A stretch of 64,000 bases of DNA from Planctomycetota bacterium (GTDB taxonomy: Bacteria > Planctomycetota > UBA8108 > SXIK01): the NCBI GenBank assembly GCA_965223265.1, contig OZ244999.1, forward strand, positions 4,768,001-4,832,000. Direction: 5' to 3'. The position numbers and the translations under genes are program-made. Numbering within the stretch: position 1 is the first letter of the stretch; the number at the start of each line of letters is the position of its first letter. This document shows positions 61,096 through 64,000 of this stretch, piece by piece. The notes beneath the pieces were generated by a model, which made no database searches, was not told the DNA's origin, and saw nothing but the letters and a program-made list of their open reading frames with translations.

Positions 61096-61305
61096 CCTCG
61101 TCGCAGCGCCGCTGCGCAGCACCATCGCGAGCGACGCTCTTGATTGTCCTCAAGAGATCTTGCACACGCCGCGCGGAGGCTACATGCTTCAAGAGCCGCT
61201 TCAACACGCGTTGGAAAAGCACATCCTCAGGGAGGACCCCGCATGGCGGTGTGTACGCAGCGTCGGGAGTGTCCGCAGAGCGTCGCTGACTCGAGGCGAA
61301 GAATC

Positions 61306-62475
61306 ATGAACGTGCTTGTTCGTCTCACGATCGTCGCAACCGTATGGGTGTTTGTTTCGTTCCCAAGTTCAGCGAGCGCACGCGACCCCAAAGCATTTCG
61401 CCGCGGCACGGTCCATCACAAGGTCGCCTGCCGCGACGCACCGAGTTTGCACTACAATGTCTACGTTCCTCGCTCGCTCCGAAAGGACACCGCGTCGCCG
61501 CTTCTAATCGTCTACTCTTCGGAAGGCAACGCACCCGTCGAATGCTTTCGCGACGCCGCTGAGAAAGTCGGCTGGATCGTGTGCGGCTCGGTCGAGAGCT
61601 CAAACGGGAGGAGCCCGCCGGCGGCGCGAATTTACCAAGCGCTGCGCGATGATCTGCAGCTGCGTTACTCGATCCATCGGCGGAGGATCTATTTGGCAGG
61701 ACTCTCCGGCGGCTCCGACAAAGCGTTCTCTCTCGTCAGGTCCTTTCCCGAAGAGATCGCCGGCGTGATCGGCATCGGAGGCGTGCCTCGCAATCTCCCA
61801 AAGATCTCAGAGTCCCACGCCTCCTTCGTCGGCATCGCCGGGACGCGAGATCCCGCGTACTGCTCGACGCTCTTACTGATGGAACAAGCCGTGAAGCAGA
61901 AGGTTCCCTATCGATTTCTCGAGTGGAATGGCGCGCACTGGTGGCCCGGCCCTGAGGTCCTGCGCAGCGCCTGCGTCTGGCTCGATGGACAGTATCTGCT
62001 CGGCGCGACGAAGCTCACAGAGGCGGAGAAGGACGCGAGACCGAAACGACTCGAACGGCGCCTGAAAAGAATCCGACGTTTGGCCCGCGGCAATCAAGCT
62101 CTCCGACTTGACGCCCTCGAACGCTACGAATCACTGCTCGCCGGAGTGCACCGCGATCGCTCGGCTCGAGCTGAAATCGATGCCGCGATCGAGGAAACTC
62201 TCCTCAAGTTGAAACCCGAAATCGCAGCACGCGACGCGTTCCGCTTGGCGTGCGTTGAGTATACTCGCAGCAGTGAACCTTTCGACCGCAAGACACTGAC
62301 AGCGCTCAAAGCGCGCATGGACAACGTCGCCGCCGAACACCGACAGCGCGTCTATGGCCGCCGCGCCGCGACGGTAGCGCAAACGGTTCAGGACGGACTC
62401 ATCGACGGCAAACCGTCGGTCGTCCGGCCGGGCGAAGGATGTATTCAAGCGTTCCCGAAGATTCGACGCAAATGA
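61306..62475 (+). CDS. Secreted alpha/beta hydrolase (esterase-like) with helical C-terminus
   Basis: Signal peptide, Y.VYVP, nucleophile elbow YLAGLSGG, G..D and G.HWWP. Confidence 0.75.
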   Translation: MNVLVRLTIVATVWVFVSFPSSASARDPKAFRRGTVHHKVACRDAPSLHYNVYVPRSLRKDTASPLLIVYSSEGNAPVECFRDAAEKVGWIVCGSVESSNGRSPPAARIYQALRDDLQLRYSIHRRRIYLAGLSGGSDKAFSLVRSFPEEIAGVIGIGGVPRNLPKISESHASFVGIAGTRDPAYCSTLLLMEQAVKQKVPYRFLEWNGAHWWPGPEVLRSACVWLDGQYLLGATKLTEAEKDARPKRLERRLKRIRRLARGNQALRLDALERYESLLAGVHRDRSARAEIDAAIEETLLKLKPEIAARDAFRLACVEYTRSSEPFDRKTLTALKARMDNVAAEHRQRVYGRRAATVAQTVQDGLIDGKPSVVRPGEGCIQAFPKIRRK

Positions 62476-62485
62476 TGGAAGCACT

Positions 62486-63565
62486 GTGAGCGCAAACGCC
62501 TCTGCGAACGACCGCGAGTTCGAACTCTTCTCAACCCCCTGCCCAGAAGTCGAGCCAGAGGTCGCCGAGCGGATCGCGGCCGACGCCTTTGGAATCGTTG
62601 GACGCGCCCAGGAGCTCACCAGCGAGCGCGATCGCAATTTTCACATCACACAGGTCACAACAGCGCCGCAGCAAGAATACGTCCTCAAAATCGCCAATCC
62701 ACTCGAGAGCTGCGAAGTAACAGACTTCCAGACGCGAGCACTCCTTCACTTAGAGTCACACCTGACAGCGCTCGCCGTACCGCGGGTGGTGTCGACTCCA
62801 TCTGGTGAGACTTTCGCGCGCATCGAGATCGCGCCGCGGCAGACGTCGACGGTACGACTCCTCACATATGTTCGCGGTCAGCCGTGCGCCGCGGCGCCGT
62901 CAACGCCAGCGCTGCGCAGAAACCTTGGCGCCGCCCTCGCCCACCTCGGTCGAGCGCTGCGTGATCTCCCGCCGGAAGGCGCGGATGAAGAGCTGATATG
63001 GGATCTAAAGAACGCTTGGCGTTTGCGCTTTCTTCTCGAGAAGATACGCGATGCCAACAAGAGGCACGCGTGCGGCCGCCATCTCGACGCATTCGATGCT
63101 CGGATCGCGCGGCTCCTCCGCAGTTGCCGCTCGCAGTCGATCTACAACGATCTCAACCCCAGCAATGCACTCGTCCACGCTGACGATCCCGAGCGCGTCA
63201 CCGGCATCATCGACTTAGGCGACATGGCCCACGCGCCGCTCGTGGTCGACGTCGCGGTAGCCGCCACGTATCAACTACGCCACACGGACGACCCCATCGA
63301 CGCGGCCGCCGAGCTCATTGCCGGCTACCACGACGTCACACCCCTCAGGTGTGAGGAGGTCGACTTACTCTTTGATCTGATCGCGACACGGCTCGTGATG
63401 TCCGTCCTCGTCTCCAACTGGAGAGCGGAACTCTTTCCCGAAAACAAGGACTACATCCTACGCCACGCGAGATTCAACTGGACGATGCTCGAGCGCTTCG
63501 ACATGCTGTCACGCGAACATGTGAGTCGCCGTCTGCGCAGCGCTTGCGGTGTCGAGGACGCCTGA
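62486..63565 (+). CDS. APH-family phosphotransferase, hydroxylysine kinase-like
   Basis: SERDRNF, YVLKIAN, WDL, YNDLNPSN and GIIDLGD. Confidence 0.85.
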   Translation: MSANASANDREFELFSTPCPEVEPEVAERIAADAFGIVGRAQELTSERDRNFHITQVTTAPQQEYVLKIANPLESCEVTDFQTRALLHLESHLTALAVPRVVSTPSGETFARIEIAPRQTSTVRLLTYVRGQPCAAAPSTPALRRNLGAALAHLGRALRDLPPEGADEELIWDLKNAWRLRFLLEKIRDANKRHACGRHLDAFDARIARLLRSCRSQSIYNDLNPSNALVHADDPERVTGIIDLGDMAHAPLVVDVAVAATYQLRHTDDPIDAAAELIAGYHDVTPLRCEEVDLLFDLIATRLVMSVLVSNWRAELFPENKDYILRHARFNWTMLERFDMLSREHVSRRLRSACGVEDA

Positions 63566-63617
63566 GCGCTGTAGCACCGCCTCAATTCTTTTGCACTTCT
63601 TGCGCCTCTGAGAAAAC

Positions 63618-63684
63618 TAGCAGGCGCACTCCGTGTGCCGTCCGTTCTCTTCTCGACCCACGGCACACGGAGTGTGCCTGCCAC
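63618..63684. repeat. GTAG-type REP pair
   Basis: TAGCAGGCGCACTCCGTGTGCCGT...ACGGCACACGGAGTGTGCCTGCCAC, a near-perfect inverted pair. Confidence 0.75.
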
Positions 63685-63748
63685 CTTAGCGACGGCTCAA
63701 CCGCAGCCAAACCATCCCACTACAACCACGTCCCATGGAATCGCTACC

Positions 63749-64000
63749 GTGCAGCGACTGATTGAACGACGCCGCCAACTCCTCGGACCGGCCTATCGAC
63801 TCTTCTACGATCGTCCCCTCCACATCGTTCGCGGCGAGGGCGTCTGGCTGTACGACGCCGACGGTAAGCCGTATTTGGATGCGTACAATAACGTTCCGCA
63901 CGTCGGCCACTGCCACCCCACCGTAGTCGACGCTCTGGTGCGCCAAGCCAAGACCCTCAACACGCACACGCGCTATCTTCATGAAGCGGTTCTCGACTAT
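63749..64000 (+). CDS. Class III aminotransferase / phospho-lyase (AGXT2L-like), truncated by the window end
   Basis: Manual translation gives VQRLIERRRQLLGPAYRLFYDRPLHIVRGEGVWLYDADGKPYLDAYNNVPHVGHCHP..LNTHTRYLHE. This ORF is not in the supplied track. Confidence 0.88.
   Translation, partial: MQRLIERRRQLLGPAYRLFYDRPLHIVRGEGVWLYDADGKPYLDAYNNVPHVGHCHPTVVDALVRQAKTLNTHTRYLHEAVLDY

Overview
GC-rich bacterial DNA, most likely from a Planctomycetota-type organism. This is inferred from a DUF1501 plus DUF1549/DUF1553 pair, an ECF sigma next to a Ser/Thr kinase-WD40 gene, two DUF4838 proteins, several secreted proteins carrying dockerin-like modules, and GTAG-type REP repeats. Recognisable blocks are: (1) a dehalogenase-like hydrolase, thiolase, CoA-binding protein and ferredoxin-NADP reductase operon; (2) two stacked MITE-like elements, one with a second copy 2 kb away; (3) the acoXABC acetoin dehydrogenase cluster; (4) a radical SAM/SPASM enzyme translationally coupled to an unknown exported protein with a leader-like N-terminus, the best candidate for an undescribed protein-modification system; (5) many secreted or lipoprotein genes; (6) an RNA-repair locus (rtcR divergent from rtcA-rtcB, then a SWIM-SNF2 gene) with tandem palindromic activator sites, a sigma54-like promoter and a strongly structured 5' leader that may be an ncRNA; (7) a hydroxylysine-kinase-like gene and a truncated class III aminotransferase. 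Two genes each carry a single-base frameshift that looks like a sequencing error. No rRNA, canonical tRNA, CRISPR array or transposase was seen. All family calls come from recognising motifs by eye, not from database searches.
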